A stretch of DNA of 64,000 nt, from NCBI GenBank assembly GCA_963800895.1, contig CAWDDA010000015.1:344994-408993 (forward strand). Reading direction: 5' to 3'. Both the position numbers and the translations under genes were made by a program. Every line of letters starts with the position of its first letter. The stretch's first letter is position 1. Of the stretch, positions 32,172 through 43,206 are shown one piece after another. The stretch is from an uncultured Acidobacteriota bacterium (GTDB taxonomy: Bacteria; Acidobacteriota; Blastocatellia; RBC074). The notes below the pieces were generated by a model. The model was not told where the DNA came from. It worked only from the letters and a program-made list of their open reading frames with translations, and ran no database searches.

Positions 32172-33193
32172 CCAGGACGAGATTTCCGCTCTACTTGATG
32201 CTCGGCGGCATGGTGTTCGTTTCATCTCTCATTAGTGCTGAATCAATGCAAAAACCAAAAGGCTACCCTGCTATCGGTGCTATCCATCGCCTGGATCCCA
32301 GGCTGGATTCATTGATTGCTGCCGATGCAAAGATCGAAGTGCTGGCCTCAGGCTTCGAATGGTCAGAAGGTCCTGTCTGGATAAAAGAAGGCGCATATCT
32401 TCTCTTTTCCGACATCCCGCGCAATTCGGTGATGAAGTGGAAGGAAAGCGAGGGTCTGAGCGTTTACTTGAAGCCATCGGGCTTCACCGGACCGGGCGAC
32501 TATGGCCGTGAGCCTGGCAGCAACGGTCTGACGCTCGATCCCAAAGGCAGACTTATTTCATGTGAGCACGGCGATCGCCGTCTCTCACGTCTCGAAGCGA
32601 ATGGGGGAAAGAAGACCCTGATCGACACCTTTGAAGGCAAGAGACTCAATAGCCCGAACGATGCAGTCTACAAGTCAAACGGCGACCTTTATTTCACCGA
32701 TCCGCCTTACGGCTTGCCGAACGGATGGGATGATCCGCGTCGCGAGCTTGATTTCTGCGGAGTTTACAGGCTGTCAGTAGACGGGCGCCTGACACTGCTC
32801 ACTAAGGAAATGACTCGTCCAAACGGAATCGCGTTCTCGCCCGACGAGAAGACACTCTATGTCGCGCAGTCTGATCCTCAACGGGCAATCTGGATGGCCT
32901 TTCCGGTTTCGGCCGATGGAACACTTGGCAAGGGCCGGGTCTTTTATGACTCGACATCGATGGTGTCAAAACTTCCCGGCTTGCCTGACGGCTTGAAAGT
33001 TGATCGCTCAGGCAATCTCTTTGCGACAGGGCCCGGTGGTGTTCATGTATTTGCAGCTGACGGAAAGGCGCTCGGAAGGATAGATACAGGCGAGGCTACA
33101 GCAAACTGCGCGTGGGGCGATGATGGCTCTACACTCTATATTACAGCCGATATGTACCTCTGCAGGGTAAGAACGAAGACGCGGGGCTGGTAA
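32168..33193 (+). CDS. SMP-30/gluconolactonase/LRE-family protein, secreted
   Basis: 341-aa ORF with EGPVW, NSPNDAVYKSNGDLYFTDPPYG and PNGIAFSPDEKTLYV. The start overlaps the preceding stop (ATGA). Confidence 0.8.
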   Translation: MTRTRFPLYLMLGGMVFVSSLISAESMQKPKGYPAIGAIHRLDPRLDSLIAADAKIEVLASGFEWSEGPVWIKEGAYLLFSDIPRNSVMKWKESEGLSVYLKPSGFTGPGDYGREPGSNGLTLDPKGRLISCEHGDRRLSRLEANGGKKTLIDTFEGKRLNSPNDAVYKSNGDLYFTDPPYGLPNGWDDPRRELDFCGVYRLSVDGRLTLLTKEMTRPNGIAFSPDEKTLYVAQSDPQRAIWMAFPVSADGTLGKGRVFYDSTSMVSKLPGLPDGLKVDRSGNLFATGPGGVHVFAADGKALGRIDTGEATANCAWGDDGSTLYITADMYLCRVRTKTRGW

Positions 33194-33197
33194 TCGA

Positions 33198-33284
33198 TTG
33201 TCATTTGAGATTCGTCATTTGAGATTTGTCATTTGCGATTGCCTCACCAGGCGCAAATGACAAATCTAAAATCTCCAAATGACT
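33198..33284. repeat. Family T palindrome (TCATTTGAGAT units, 14-nt period)
   Basis: TTGTCATTTGAGATTCGTCATTTGAGATTTGTCATTTGCG ... CGCAAATGACAAATCTAAAATCTCCAAATGAC. Confidence 0.8.
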
Positions 33285-33299
33285 AGTAATCTATCCGTC

Positions 33300-34963
33300 T
33301 TACTTCGTGCTCGGAGTTCCGGGCACATCTGACTTGACATCGATATTATTGCTCGAGAGCGTCGTTGAGATTACACGCTGCAGTTCGGCGACCGATTTGT
33401 TGTAATCTCCCTTAGCTCGAAGCTCGACGCCACGTGCTTCTGCAAGCTCGTTCTGCCGTGTGAGGATGAGGAATGTCGTCGAAAGCCCGGCCGCGAAGCG
33501 CTTCGATTCTCCGTCGAGTTGCTGTTCTGCATACACGCGCGCCGCTTCCGCCGCCTCGATTCGCAGTCTTGCCGTCTCGACCGCCTGCACGCCGTTACGG
33601 ACCTCCACTTCGATATCCTGAATCATTTTGCGTGTTCTCAGGTCAAGCTGACGGCCTGTCTCACGCGAGCGTCCCAGGTTCGCCTGGGCTGTCCGGTTCC
33701 GCAACGGAAAGTTGAATTCAACACCCACTGACCACTGACGGAAGTCATTTCCGAACAGTATTCCGAGCGCGGTTCCATAGCCGCCAATAAAACGCGGGTC
33801 CGGGTTCAATCCCGGTCGCGGTGTTCCGGCGAGACCGACCATCGTGTAGTTGGCGACGAGATCGATCTGCGGTTTGGCCTGATTCTTGAAGAAATCGATG
33901 TCGTAGTCGTTTATTTCCTTTTGCAGATAGTATTGCTTCATTTCCGGGCGATTCGCGACCGCAAGCTTAACCGCATCGTCCAGAGGCACGTTGAATGCCT
34001 GAATTTCAAACTTCTCGGTGGGGATGATCTCAGCCTTCCACAGATCGGAAGTCGGACTCTCCACCGTCAATCCCCTTCAGAAGGTTCTCCGCCTGTGCCA
34101 CGGCACCCATTGCCTGGTAGACGTTCTGACGCCGGCCCTCGAGTACTGTTGCCGCAGAGACGACATCGATTGGAGCAAGCGTACCCACCTCAACCTGACG
34201 TTGATTGTTGGTCAGCTGAGTCTCTGCCAGTTTTACTGCATCACGTTGAATCTCTTCGTCCCGAATGGCGAGAGCGAGGTCCCAGTATGCCTGCTGAACT
34301 CGCGAGATGATCTCGATCGCGCGCTGACGGAATGTCGCATCCGAAAGATCGAGACGTTTGCGGGCAATCTTGATCTGACGCCGATTGTTATCGATGCCGA
34401 AGTCCTTCCACAGAGGTTGCCTGTACGCGAAGGTGAGATCGGGGGCGAACTGAGGTGTGAAGTTATTCGTGTTTCCGACCACTCGATCGTTGTTGAAAGC
34501 TGATGGAGTATTCGCCGCCACCCTTTTCAACGAACTGCTGGAGGCCAAAGTTGTAGTTGATTATGTCCCGCTCGATAAATGGCTGCGCCGTGCCGCTGAA
34601 TACGAATGCGTTCGGAGTCATCGAAGGCTGATAGTTGATGTTCGTGATCAGAAATGGATCATAGACGCCTTTTGCGGCATTGATGTCGTACTGCGTGATC
34701 TTGACGTTTTCTCGCTCGATCTCGATATCAACGTTCTTCTCCAGCGCCGCAATAACCGCGTCCCGCAGGTTCCATCTGACCACGCGGCCTGGCTCAAGCC
34801 CGACCGTTCTTGGCGCAATCGGACGTGTTAATGACGGTTGCTGCGTATTAGTGTCGGTCCGTGGCGGCAGGGCCGTCTGCTGCGCCAGCGCGGGCACTGC
34901 AAAGAGTGCAGCCAATCCGATCGCCTGAATCTTTCTGGCCAGTGGCCGCTTAAGCTTACTCAT
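33300..34963 (-). pseudogene. TolC-family outer-membrane channel, two frame breaks (~34500, ~34070)
   Basis: Signal peptide MSKLKRPLARKIQAIGLAALFAVPALAQ. The OEP repeats run through ORFs 34463..34963, 34030..34548 and 33300..34070, with junctions ..GGGEYSISF/NNDRVVG.. and ..AENLLKG/LTVESPTSDLW... Confidence 0.75.
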
Positions 34964-35060
34964 GACTCCATTTCTCCCTAACTTCTTTGAATTCTATAAA
35001 AAGTAGCTCGATCTGCATTTACGATACTAATCGTTGTACAGTTGCAAAATTCTTTGGATC

Positions 35061-35150
35061 AGGCACGTTGTACAGGCATTTAGCCGGAATCGGGGCATTC
35101 GAAAAATTCGAATGGGACCATTCCGGCTATAAGCCGGTACAACGTACCTG
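35061..35150. repeat. Family Y palindrome (CCGGC variant)
   Basis: AGGCACGTTGTACAGGCATTTAGCCGGAAT...ATTCCGGCTATAAGCCGGTACAACGTACCT. It ends 2 nt from the argJ stop. Confidence 0.8.
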
Positions 35151-35152
35151 TA

Positions 35153-36367
35153 TCACGAACGGTAATCAGCGTTTATGCGGATATATCCTTCCGTCATATC
35201 GCATGTCCATTCAGTAATCTCGTGATCGCCCTGGTGAAGATCAATTGTAATTCTTACTTCATCCCTTGCGAGAATCTCACGAGCGCGCTCCTCGCTGAAC
35301 GGTAAGCCAGTACCCCGGCTCGCGACGATCAGATCTCCGATGCGAATGTCAGCCTTCAAGGGATCAAATCTGGCACCGCTTCTCCCGGCTGCAGCAAGGA
35401 TACGTCCCCAGTTCGCATCCTCACCGGCAATCGCTGTCTTGACGAGCGGGCTTGTTGCCACAGCCTGTCCTATGAGGCTTGCATCACGTTCAGTTGCGGC
35501 GCGCCTGACAAGTATCGTTATCAGCTTGCGAGCGCCTTCGCCGTCGCGCGCGACTGCTATTGCGAGTTCAGTGGCCACTTCGGTCAACGAACGCTCGAAT
35601 CGCTCGTAGTCTTTTGTGGACCTCGAATCAATCATTGGGTTCGCAGCGGCACCATTTGCCAGTACAGCAACCATGTCGTTGGTTGATGTGTCACCGTCAA
35701 CTGATACGCGGTTGAAGGACTTGTCAACTGACGATCTAAGCGCTCGGTTAAGAACAGGCTTTGAAATCGCGGCATCCGTTGTGATGAACGAGAGGAGCGT
35801 TGCCATGTTGGGATGAATCATCCCGGAGCCCTTGGCTACACCCGCGATCGTGACTTCTTTGCCGCCCACCTTGATTCGTCGAATTGAGCGCTTGGGCCGC
35901 GTATCAGTTGTCATAATCGCTTCCGCGACGCTGGATCCGGATTCTCTCGTCAATTGTCTTGCGGCCAGTCGAATCCCGGATTCCAACTTTGTCATGTTCA
36001 GCCTGACACCAATGACACCGGTTGACGCAACAAGTACCTCTTGCGCATCGCAACCGAGCAGCTCTCCAACAAGACGTGCAGATTGTCTTGCATCCTCGAG
36101 CCCGACCTCCCCGGTACATGCGTTTGCACCACCGGAATTGACGAGCAAAGCGCGATGTTGTCGCGACTTCAGATGAAGTCGCGACAAGGTAACAGGCGCT
36201 GCCTGAACAAGATTACGCGTAAAGACCGCAGCCGCGACTGCGGGCCTCAACGAGGAGATGATTGCAAGGTCGTCACCCGACTTCTTGAGCCCACAACGGA
36301 CAGCAGCGGCCACGAAGCCCTGGGGCGAAGTAATCGAATTCTCAATGAGCGCTGGTCCGGTCTTCAT
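35153..36367 (-). CDS. argJ: Bifunctional glutamate N-acetyltransferase / amino-acid acetyltransferase
   Basis: 404-aa ORF with the autoprocessing region [15 protein letters not shown]. It lies next to the argC-argB-argD genes. Confidence 0.9.
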   Translation of the reverse strand: MKTGPALIENSITSPQGFVAAAVRCGLKKSGDDLAIISSLRPAVAAAVFTRNLVQAAPVTLSRLHLKSRQHRALLVNSGGANACTGEVGLEDARQSARLVGELLGCDAQEVLVASTGVIGVRLNMTKLESGIRLAARQLTRESGSSVAEAIMTTDTRPKRSIRRIKVGGKEVTIAGVAKGSGMIHPNMATLLSFITTDAAISKPVLNRALRSSVDKSFNRVSVDGDTSTNDMVAVLANGAAANPMIDSRSTKDYERFERSLTEVATELAIAVARDGEGARKLITILVRRAATERDASLIGQAVATSPLVKTAIAGEDANWGRILAAAGRSGARFDPLKADIRIGDLIVASRGTGLPFSEERAREILARDEVRITIDLHQGDHEITEWTCDMTEGYIRINADYRS

Positions 36368-36529
36368 CTTGTCGACGCCTCATAAACCAATCTGCGTGCC
36401 ACGGTGTTTCCATCGTGGCAACACTTCCACTTGCACTATTTGACTCTGCAAGCGCGACCAATGGAACATCTGGTTAGGTGCTCGCTCGCGTCCGCTTGCG
36501 GGACGCCAAATGTCCGGGTCTGAAACAAA

Positions 36530-36566
36530 CCTGGGAGCGCGCCGGTCAGAGACCGGCGCTCCCGGG
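36530..36566 (-). terminator. GC-rich perfect hairpin (family G module) immediately after the GNAT stop; possible terminator
   Basis: CCTGGGAGCGCGCCGGTCAGAGACCGGCGCTCCCGGG. There is no obvious U-tract, so the function is inferred only from position. Confidence 0.4.
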
Positions 36567-36568
36567 CT

Positions 36569-37102
36569 TCAATATCTTTTGGACTTTACCACCGGAACGT
36601 TGACCTGACTGACATCGAACGGTTCTGGTTTCGCGCCTTCCACGAGATCAAGCACCATAGCTACCTCATCGCAGCAATTGAACTTGTGGCAATTGACGCA
36701 ATCCATCCATACCTTGCGTGGCATCTCTTCGTGAGGCACAACGCGAAACCCGAGTTTCGAGAAGAAGTCCTTGACGTATGTGAAAGCATAGACCTGCACA
36801 AGCCCGTGTTCACGCGCCTCCCGAACGTTGGCCTCGACAAGGGCTTTACCGACTCCATGGCCTCCAAAATCCGGGTGGACCGCCAGTGATCTCACTTCAG
36901 CCATGTCACTCCACGTGAAATGGAGCCCGGAACATCCAGCGATTCGTCCATCAATCTCAGCCACGTGAAAGTCGCGGATGTTCTCATAGATGCTCAGTAA
37001 AGGTCTGGGCAACATAAGTTCCTGACTTGCAAACTGGTTGATCAGAGCATGAATCTGAATGCCGTCATCAGTCCTCGCTCGCCGGATAATCATTTCCTTC
37101 AA
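36569..37102 (-). CDS. Short stand-alone GNAT acetyltransferase of the ArgA C-terminal-domain type (candidate short N-acetylglutamate synthase)
   Basis: 177-aa ORF with the GNAT core [19 protein letters not shown] and a Cys-rich tail [17 protein letters not shown]. It sits inside the arg cluster. The ATG at 37093 is a likelier start than TTG 37102. Confidence 0.6.
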   Translation of the reverse strand: MKEMIIRRARTDDGIQIHALINQFASQELMLPRPLLSIYENIRDFHVAEIDGRIAGCSGLHFTWSDMAEVRSLAVHPDFGGHGVGKALVEANVREAREHGLVQVYAFTYVKDFFSKLGFRVVPHEEMPRKVWMDCVNCHKFNCCDEVAMVLDLVEGAKPEPFDVSQVNVPVVKSKRY

Positions 37103-37117
37103 GCCTTCTGTGCTGTC

Positions 37118-38356
37118 TCAACAATCGTCTCTTCGAGCGCAGTTACCATCGAAGAGATCTTCGGATTTTCGGATGATGTAAGGCGGAAGAAACCGGAGCA
37201 CATTGTCGTGGGTGCAGTTAATCACATAGCCGCGCTCCAGCATGCTCGCCGCTACCGCTTTGCCTGGAAAACTGAGTTCGATCCCGAACATCAATCCGAG
37301 ACCGCGCACGTCGGTGATGAGTTCCGGATGACGGGACCTCACCTTTGACAACTTTCTGTTGAAAAAGACACCAAGCTCTATGATCCGGTCTAGCATCTTT
37401 CCTTCATTAAGCAACTCGAAAAACTCAAGACTTAGCCGGCAAGCCAGTGGGCCACCGCCAAACGTTGATCCGTGATCACCCGGTTTAAGCCCATCAGCAG
37501 CCCTCTCGCCGACCACGAAAGCCCCGAGAGGAACACCCAGCCCGAGGGGCTTTGCGACACAGAGCACATCGGGTCGAACCTGAGTGTGCTCGAAGGCGAA
37601 AACCTTGCCAGTACGCCCCAGCCCGCATTGAACCTCATCGAGGATCATGAGCGCATCGACATTGTTGCAGGCTTCGCGGACTTCAAGTAGAAAGGCATCA
37701 CTGACAGGCCGGATTCCACTTTCACCCTGTATGGTTTCCACGATAACCGCTGCTGTCTTTTCATTGATTGCTGCGCGTGCTTCTGACAGGGCTGCAGCGA
37801 CCGACGAAGCGTCGATGAAGGTGACTCCGGGAATAAGCGGTTCGAAGGGCGCGCGATACTTCGACTGCGCCGTGATCGACAGAGCACCCATCGTTCTGCC
37901 GTGAAACGAATTTGTGAGTGCAACGAATTCGGTCTTGTCTTCACGACCGTGACGTTTCTGCCAGGCACGCGCAAGCTTTAGCGCGCCTTCGACAGACTCA
38001 CTCCCGGTATTGCAGAAAAAGACGCGCGAAAGTCCGCTCGCTTTGGCCAGCTTTTCCGCGAGCGGCCCCTGGTAAGAGTGATAATAGAGATTGGATGTAT
38101 GCATCAAGCTCGCGCTTTCGCGCAATACGCGCCGAACGCGAGGATGATCATAGCCGAGCACATTGACGCCGATGCCTGAAATGAAGTCCAGATAAGATTT
38201 TCCAGTGTCATCAAAAAGCGTCGAGTTCTTTCCGCGAACGAAAAGCACTGGCGACCTCGCATAGGTCGACATCAGGTACTGGCCCTCAAGCAGTTTGATG
38301 TGGTCGAGTTGTGTGTATTTCACTGCGCCTTCAGGCGGAATTGCGGCTGATACCAT
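37118..38356 (-). CDS. argD: Acetylornithine aminotransferase
   Basis: 412-aa ORF with [20 protein letters not shown] and class-III aminotransferase features. The last ~15 codons look off-frame; an alternative frame reads ..[19 protein letters not shown] and stops at 37099-37101. Confidence 0.85.
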   Translation of the reverse strand: MVSAAIPPEGAVKYTQLDHIKLLEGQYLMSTYARSPVLFVRGKNSTLFDDTGKSYLDFISGIGVNVLGYDHPRVRRVLRESASLMHTSNLYYHSYQGPLAEKLAKASGLSRVFFCNTGSESVEGALKLARAWQKRHGREDKTEFVALTNSFHGRTMGALSITAQSKYRAPFEPLIPGVTFIDASSVAAALSEARAAINEKTAAVIVETIQGESGIRPVSDAFLLEVREACNNVDALMILDEVQCGLGRTGKVFAFEHTQVRPDVLCVAKPLGLGVPLGAFVVGERAADGLKPGDHGSTFGGGPLACRLSLEFFELLNEGKMLDRIIELGVFFNRKLSKVRSRHPELITDVRGLGLMFGIELSFPGKAVAASMLERGYVINCTHDNVLRFLPPYIIRKSEDLFDGNCARRDDC

Positions 38357-39143
38357 GAGTTATTGAAGTTCCAATCTGTTGATTTTCAAGAATAGCGTTA
38401 GGAAGCACATTGTCAGTCAACGCTCCGACAACGCGAATCTTCGCTATTCCAGCATCCAGAGCCTCAAGACATGCCCGAAGCTTTGGTCTCATTCCTCCAC
38501 TGGCTGCTCCTGATTCGAGCAGAGTGAGAATGCCAGCACGGTCGAGAGAATCAATCTGCTTGCCGTTCCCGTCACGAACCGCGCCGACGTCGGTGACAAA
38601 AACAAGCTCCGAAGCATTGCATGCAATGGCGACAGTCGCTGCCATCTGATCACCATTAACGTTGTAGTACTGCCAGTCGTTAACTCCGAGCGCCAGACAT
38701 GCGACGACGGGAATCATTCCAAGCGCGATCAAACCGTTCAGCAAGTCCGGCTGGCTGACTGCGATCTCACCGACGTATCCGAGATCGACTCCGTCGGCAG
38801 CAGCGACTCGGCTGGCGCGAAAACTCAGGCCGTCACCGCCAGCGATTCCGACTGACGCTAAGCCCGCACGGCCAAGCTCCGCAACCAGATCTTTGCCAAC
38901 CTTTCCGGCGAGCACCATCTGGACCACATCCCTGGTTAGCTCGTCGGTGACTCGCAGTCCATCGTGAAACCTCGATTCGACACCAAGCTTCTCGAGCATC
39001 GAGCCAATCTGTTTGCCACCTCCGTGGACAATGACGACATCGAGCTTTGCCTCTCGCAGAGCAATAATCTGAGCGACGAGTGTCCCTCTCAGACTCTCGT
39101 CAACCAGCACGCTGCCGCCGAGTTTGATAACGACCGGGTTCAT
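38331..39143 (-). CDS. argB: Acetylglutamate kinase
   Basis: 270-aa ORF with VIKLGGS and [10 protein letters not shown]. Confidence 0.9.
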   Translation of the reverse strand: MNPVVIKLGGSVLVDESLRGTLVAQIIALREAKLDVVIVHGGGKQIGSMLEKLGVESRFHDGLRVTDELTRDVVQMVLAGKVGKDLVAELGRAGLASVGIAGGDGLSFRASRVAAADGVDLGYVGEIAVSQPDLLNGLIALGMIPVVACLALGVNDWQYYNVNGDQMAATVAIACNASELVFVTDVGAVRDGNGKQIDSLDRAGILTLLESGAASGGMRPKLRACLEALDAGIAKIRVVGALTDNVLPNAILENQQIGTSITHGISRNSA

Positions 39144-40189
39144 TGCGGCAGCAGACCCGAGCTTTCGCTGAAACCCAGTGCCAGGTTTGCATTCTGTATG
39201 GCTTGACTCGCCGCACCCTTGAGCAGATTGTCGATAGCTGAGACGACAACTGCTTCACCCGTCGACTCGTCAAGGACAACTCCGATATCGCAATATGGCG
39301 TATGCGCTGCGAACTTGATCTCCGGAAGTTGCGACCCGTCGAAGACTCTGACAAAAGGTGCACCGCGAAACCGCTCTTTCCACACCGAAAGGATGTCGCG
39401 ACGTCCCACTCCGTCGTTCACGCGGAGATAAATGGTCGAAAGAATGCCCCGGTTTATCGGCAACAGATGCGGAGTAAAGATCAGCGATGAGGAGACTGCC
39501 GGCAAAGACAATCCCTGCGCAATCTCGGGGGAATGACGATGACGAAGAACGTTATATGCCGAAAAGTTCTCGCTCACTTCGGCAAAGTGTGTCCCCAGGC
39601 TCGGTGTCTTCCCGGCGCCAGTCACACCCGATTTCGAATCGGCGATGATAGGCCTTCCAGCCAAGACAAGCCCAGCGTCCAGAAGTGGCTTAACTGGAAT
39701 CAGTACCGAAGTTGGGTAACATCCTGGATTTGCAATCAGCTTTGCTCCCGGTAACTCTTCGCGCGCAAATTCGGTCAATCCATAGCAGGCAGACTTAAGC
39801 AGATCAGGTCGTGTATGTTCAAACCCGTAGTACCTGGAATAGTCGGATGCGTTGCGAAGACGGAAGGCGCCACTGACATCAATCACCGTTGCGCCCGTCT
39901 CGAGCATCGCCGGCACGATCTCGTGTGAGAATTCGTTCGGAGTTGCCAGAAAGATCACAGCGGGGGCAAGCCGCTTGACAGAGTCGGAATCGAAAGGTTC
40001 GCACGCTAGCGACGTCAGCCCTTTGAGATGAGGATGAATCTCATCGATTGGTGTGGCCTTCGCGTTAGTCGAAGCAAATGCGCCTACGAGCGACATCTCC
40101 GGATGATTCGCGACCAGACGCACAAGCTCGCGGCCAGAATAGCCGGTCGCACCTGCAACGATAGTTCGTAAGGCTCTCCCGTCAGCCAT
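39140..40189 (-). CDS. argC: N-acetyl-gamma-glutamyl-phosphate reductase
   Basis: 349-aa ORF with VAGATGYSGRELVRL and the active-site motif ANPGCYPTS. Confidence 0.9.
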   Translation of the reverse strand: MADGRALRTIVAGATGYSGRELVRLVANHPEMSLVGAFASTNAKATPIDEIHPHLKGLTSLACEPFDSDSVKRLAPAVIFLATPNEFSHEIVPAMLETGATVIDVSGAFRLRNASDYSRYYGFEHTRPDLLKSACYGLTEFAREELPGAKLIANPGCYPTSVLIPVKPLLDAGLVLAGRPIIADSKSGVTGAGKTPSLGTHFAEVSENFSAYNVLRHRHSPEIAQGLSLPAVSSSLIFTPHLLPINRGILSTIYLRVNDGVGRRDILSVWKERFRGAPFVRVFDGSQLPEIKFAAHTPYCDIGVVLDESTGEAVVVSAIDNLLKGAASQAIQNANLALGFSESSGLLPQ

Positions 40190-40242
40190 AAATAAACGAC
40201 TATCGTACTACAGGAAGAAAGGTTTTGGGAGCAGGAAGGAGT

Positions 40243-40366
40243 AAGGTACGTTGTACCGCCTTATAGGCGGAATCGTGACTGTCCAAACTCTGGCGGCCAC
40301 GATTCCGCCTAAAAGGCGGTACAACGTACCAGGAAAACTTCCGCCGGAAGGCGGTACTACATGCGG
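40243..40366. repeat. Family Y palindrome plus an extra half-arm
   Basis: GGTACGTTGTACCGCCTTATAGGCGGAATC...GATTCCGCCTAAAAGGCGGTACAACGTACC, followed by CCGCCGGAAGGCGGTACTACATGCGG. Confidence 0.8.
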
Positions 40367-40371
40367 GGAAT

Positions 40372-40988
40372 CTACGGAAGGACTCTTACCCAGCCAAACA
40401 TTTCGGCGAAATGTGGTAAGACACCACATATTGCGAGGTAACGACCCGGTTTCGAAAAGTTGACTACCTCCACTCGATCTTGCAGTGTGAGGGAGTCTCG
40501 GGTCAAGGCCTCGGTAGATACGATTCTCGGGGTCATTGACCAAAGGGGGAAAAAAGGGAGGGGAAGGGGGAATAAGATTCGCGGAATTGATGTCTGACGG
40601 ACCCGAGACATTCTCGTAAATCAGTACTTGGTGAAAACCGGCAATGATGAAGTTTACCGATCCCCCTGCTTTGATTGTCACCTCGTTCGGTAGCAGCGTA
40701 TGAACGTTACGGGTAAAATCGTTTTGTCCGCCTGTCGGGGGAAGATTGGGGGGCCCTGGGGGGTCAGGCACCTCAGCAGCCATTCGATCGAACGGCGGAT
40801 TCCGTATCCCATTGTCCAAAGCTTACTGTCGCGCTGGCAAGGGGCCCGCTAAGGGCTTTGTGGTCGTGGTCTTTGTGACCAGCAGTTTTGCTCTTGGTCG
40901 TTTCGGCTTTCGTTATGGCTCCCAGCCCGGCAGCCACGGTTCCGGCTCCGGCAACCTTGAGCAGATCTCTACGAGTTGTCTTCGACAT
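40372..40988 (-). pseudogene. TAT-signal cupredoxin-like protein, two frame breaks (~40800, ~40495)
   Basis: MSKTTRRDLLKVAGAGTVAAGLG, then ..NEVTIKAGGSVNFIIAGFHQVLIY.., and a C-terminus GRYLAICGVLPHFAEMFGWVRVLP (Cys/His/Met ligand-like spacing) in ORF 40372..40611. Confidence 0.55.
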
Positions 40989-41200
40989 TCTTCTTTTCTC
41001 CAGTGGGCAAATTGTTTTCCAGGTGTCGCGGTCTGACTGCAACCACGAAGGATGGATGGACGTGGCATTATCGGGCCACGTGCATAGCCCTGTCAATCGG
41101 TTCGTGACTCCGGATGCACTCGCCGGTGATTGACTTCCGTCATCCGCCGATTTAAAAGCATGATTTGCTGTTGTGAAACTCTGATTCATGGAGAGGGAAA

Positions 41201-41722
41201 TTGCCAACAAGTCGAAAACGGCAGGATGACGCCAGGAAAGCGAAGGGATACGTCCCCAAAGGAGTAACCTCATCGGGATCGGGCGACACGGGAAAGCGCC
41301 AGCCCAGCGGGACGGTGATCTTTATTGTGACCGCACTTGTGGCTGCGATTACGGCAGGTTACTACGTCTATCAGCGGCGGGATCACTCAACCAAGACACC
41401 ATCGGGCCTCAGATATACTGACCAGGTCGTGGGCACCGGCGCCAGCCCGTCGCGTGGACAGAAAGTATCGGTTCATTACAGCGGACGCCTCGAGAACGGC
41501 ACTCCGTTTGACAGCTCAGTTGGCAAGCCTCCGATGGAATTTCGCCTTGGCAAAGATCCAATGATCAAAGGCTTTGAAGAAGGCGTCATGACCATGAAGG
41601 TCGGTGGCAAACGCCAGGTAATTATCCCTCCAGAACTCGGTTATGGCAGCAAGGGAAGTCCTCCGGTCATTCCACCCAATGCGACGCTGATCTTCGATCT
41701 CGAGCTTCTGGGAGTCAAATAG
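41201..41722 (+). CDS. FKBP-type peptidyl-prolyl cis-trans isomerase, membrane-anchored
   Basis: 173-aa ORF with a TTG start. One TM helix, then GLRYTDQVVGTG..VSVHYSGRLENGTPFDSS..MIKGFEEGV..IPPELGYG..LIFDLELL. Confidence 0.85.
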   Translation: MPTSRKRQDDARKAKGYVPKGVTSSGSGDTGKRQPSGTVIFIVTALVAAITAGYYVYQRRDHSTKTPSGLRYTDQVVGTGASPSRGQKVSVHYSGRLENGTPFDSSVGKPPMEFRLGKDPMIKGFEEGVMTMKVGGKRQVIIPPELGYGSKGSPPVIPPNATLIFDLELLGVK

Positions 41723-41747
41723 CATCAAATCCTCCGCTATCCTAGTA

Positions 41748-41783
41748 CCCGGGAGCGCCAGGCTCCAGCCTGGCGGTCCGGGC
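41748..41783. terminator. GC-rich hairpin (family G variant) between convergent genes; possible bidirectional terminator
   Basis: CCCGGGAGCGCCAGGCTCCAGCCTGGCGGTCCGGG. Confidence 0.4.
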
Positions 41784-41834
41784 TACTGACACGCTTACGG
41801 TCGGGCTATTGAGACACGCAACATCACTTTGATG

Positions 41835-43043
41835 TCATTTTGCTCTGCCCTGGTTCCAGTACACCTTGACGTTTTTAGTACTGCGTCCAACTCCTACAAT
41901 ATCGATTCTTCCATCTCCGTTAAGGTCGGCGCAAATAACGTCTTCACTGCCTAGTCCCTTCGCGTCGAGGACACGTTTCTCCCAGTTCTCCCCTCTGCTA
42001 TCGAGTGGATGAAAGAGATAGACGATACCGTCTTCGATTTGGCCCTCGGGCGGTCCTCGGAAACCTACTACCAATGAGTCCACACCCGTGCCGGTCAAAT
42101 CGGCAGTCCAGACGGCATGTCCACCCTTGTGGTCTTCGATGAGAGTACGCCGTTTCCAGAGCTGATCGGACTGAGAAGGTTCTGTGTAGACCACTGCCTG
42201 TTGGCCGTGCCACGGCTCGATAGTTGCAATGTAACGCTTGCCACCAGGTAGGCGCCCGGCCTTTATTTCACCTGCACCGTGTTTCTCCGGGTGTCCTTCA
42301 CCGATTTTCTGCTTCACCCACTTTCCATCCGCAGCCTTCTTGAAGAGAAATACGCCTTCATAGGCTGCCGCGAGGATCTCATCCCTCCGATCACCGTCCC
42401 AATCGATTGGCCACACATTGTGGTTGATGTGGAGTTCGTTGTTGATGACTTCGCGTTTCCACGGTTCGGTGAACGGCTGCGCTGGGCGGCGAAGCAGAAA
42501 AAGCGAAGCGCCACTCCCATTCCACCATTCAGGGCCTTTAGTTTCACGCCCGTGAAGCGGTGAGCAGACAAGTTCCTTCCGACCCCTGCCGTCCACATCC
42601 ATGACCCGCATCCGGTGCATTGTAGGCTCTTCGTCTATCTTGATTGGCGTCCATGCCCGGTTGAGATCGCTGGGGCGGCGGAGAAGCCAGATCGTGCCGC
42701 CCGTCCGGCTATTTGATGGCTGCCAATCAGCTCCCAGCATCAATTCAACCTTGCCATCGTTATCTACATCCAGAGGCTGTATGCAGACTGGAAGCTTAGG
42801 GGCGCCTTCGACGATGACGCGTTTTTTCCATCCCGGGTTCTCGTACCAGACCACTTGATCCGGGTTCTCAGTAACAACGACGATATCGGTTTTTCCGTCG
42901 TGATTGATGTCGGCCACGGAAACTGCGTAACCCACTCCGACAGCAGGATCGATGATCTGTTCTTTGAAGATCGGAAGTTTCTCCTGGAAGAGGGTGCCGG
43001 TGACCGGGATGATGAGCAGACAGACGAAAAGAAAGAGTTGCAT
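41835..43043 (-). CDS. FG-GAP/VCBS repeat protein, secreted
   Basis: Repeats DINHDGKTDIVVV, DVDNDGKVEL, DWDGDRRDEIL and DLNGDGRIDIVGVG. The start is set at ATG 43043 (MQLFLFVCLLIIPVTG signal). Confidence 0.75.
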   Translation of the reverse strand: MQLFLFVCLLIIPVTGTLFQEKLPIFKEQIIDPAVGVGYAVSVADINHDGKTDIVVVTENPDQVVWYENPGWKKRVIVEGAPKLPVCIQPLDVDNDGKVELMLGADWQPSNSRTGGTIWLLRRPSDLNRAWTPIKIDEEPTMHRMRVMDVDGRGRKELVCSPLHGRETKGPEWWNGSGASLFLLRRPAQPFTEPWKREVINNELHINHNVWPIDWDGDRRDEILAAAYEGVFLFKKAADGKWVKQKIGEGHPEKHGAGEIKAGRLPGGKRYIATIEPWHGQQAVVYTEPSQSDQLWKRRTLIEDHKGGHAVWTADLTGTGVDSLVVGFRGPPEGQIEDGIVYLFHPLDSRGENWEKRVLDAKGLGSEDVICADLNGDGRIDIVGVGRSTKNVKVYWNQGRAK

Positions 43044-43206
43044 CGCATTGCTCCTTGTCGCTGAATTTAACCTCAATACGCGTTCTGGTCCAGGCCGATA
43101 AAGTTTGAGCTGTCGGAACGTGTTGACCTTTGCACTCATTGACGTAAACTGAACCGCTAGCGGCCACAGTTGGAGCTTCCGGAATCATCTTCGAGGAGAA
43201 TAAATC

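Noticed and set aside
35095-35120. tRNA-like TTCGAA/TTCGAATG strings in the loops of family Y elements (also near 49140 and 55165).
   Set aside because: They lack the GGTTCGAATCC T-arm context, an acceptor stem or an anticodon arm, and they form part of the palindromic repeat loops. I saw no tRNA cloverleaf anywhere in the intergenic regions.
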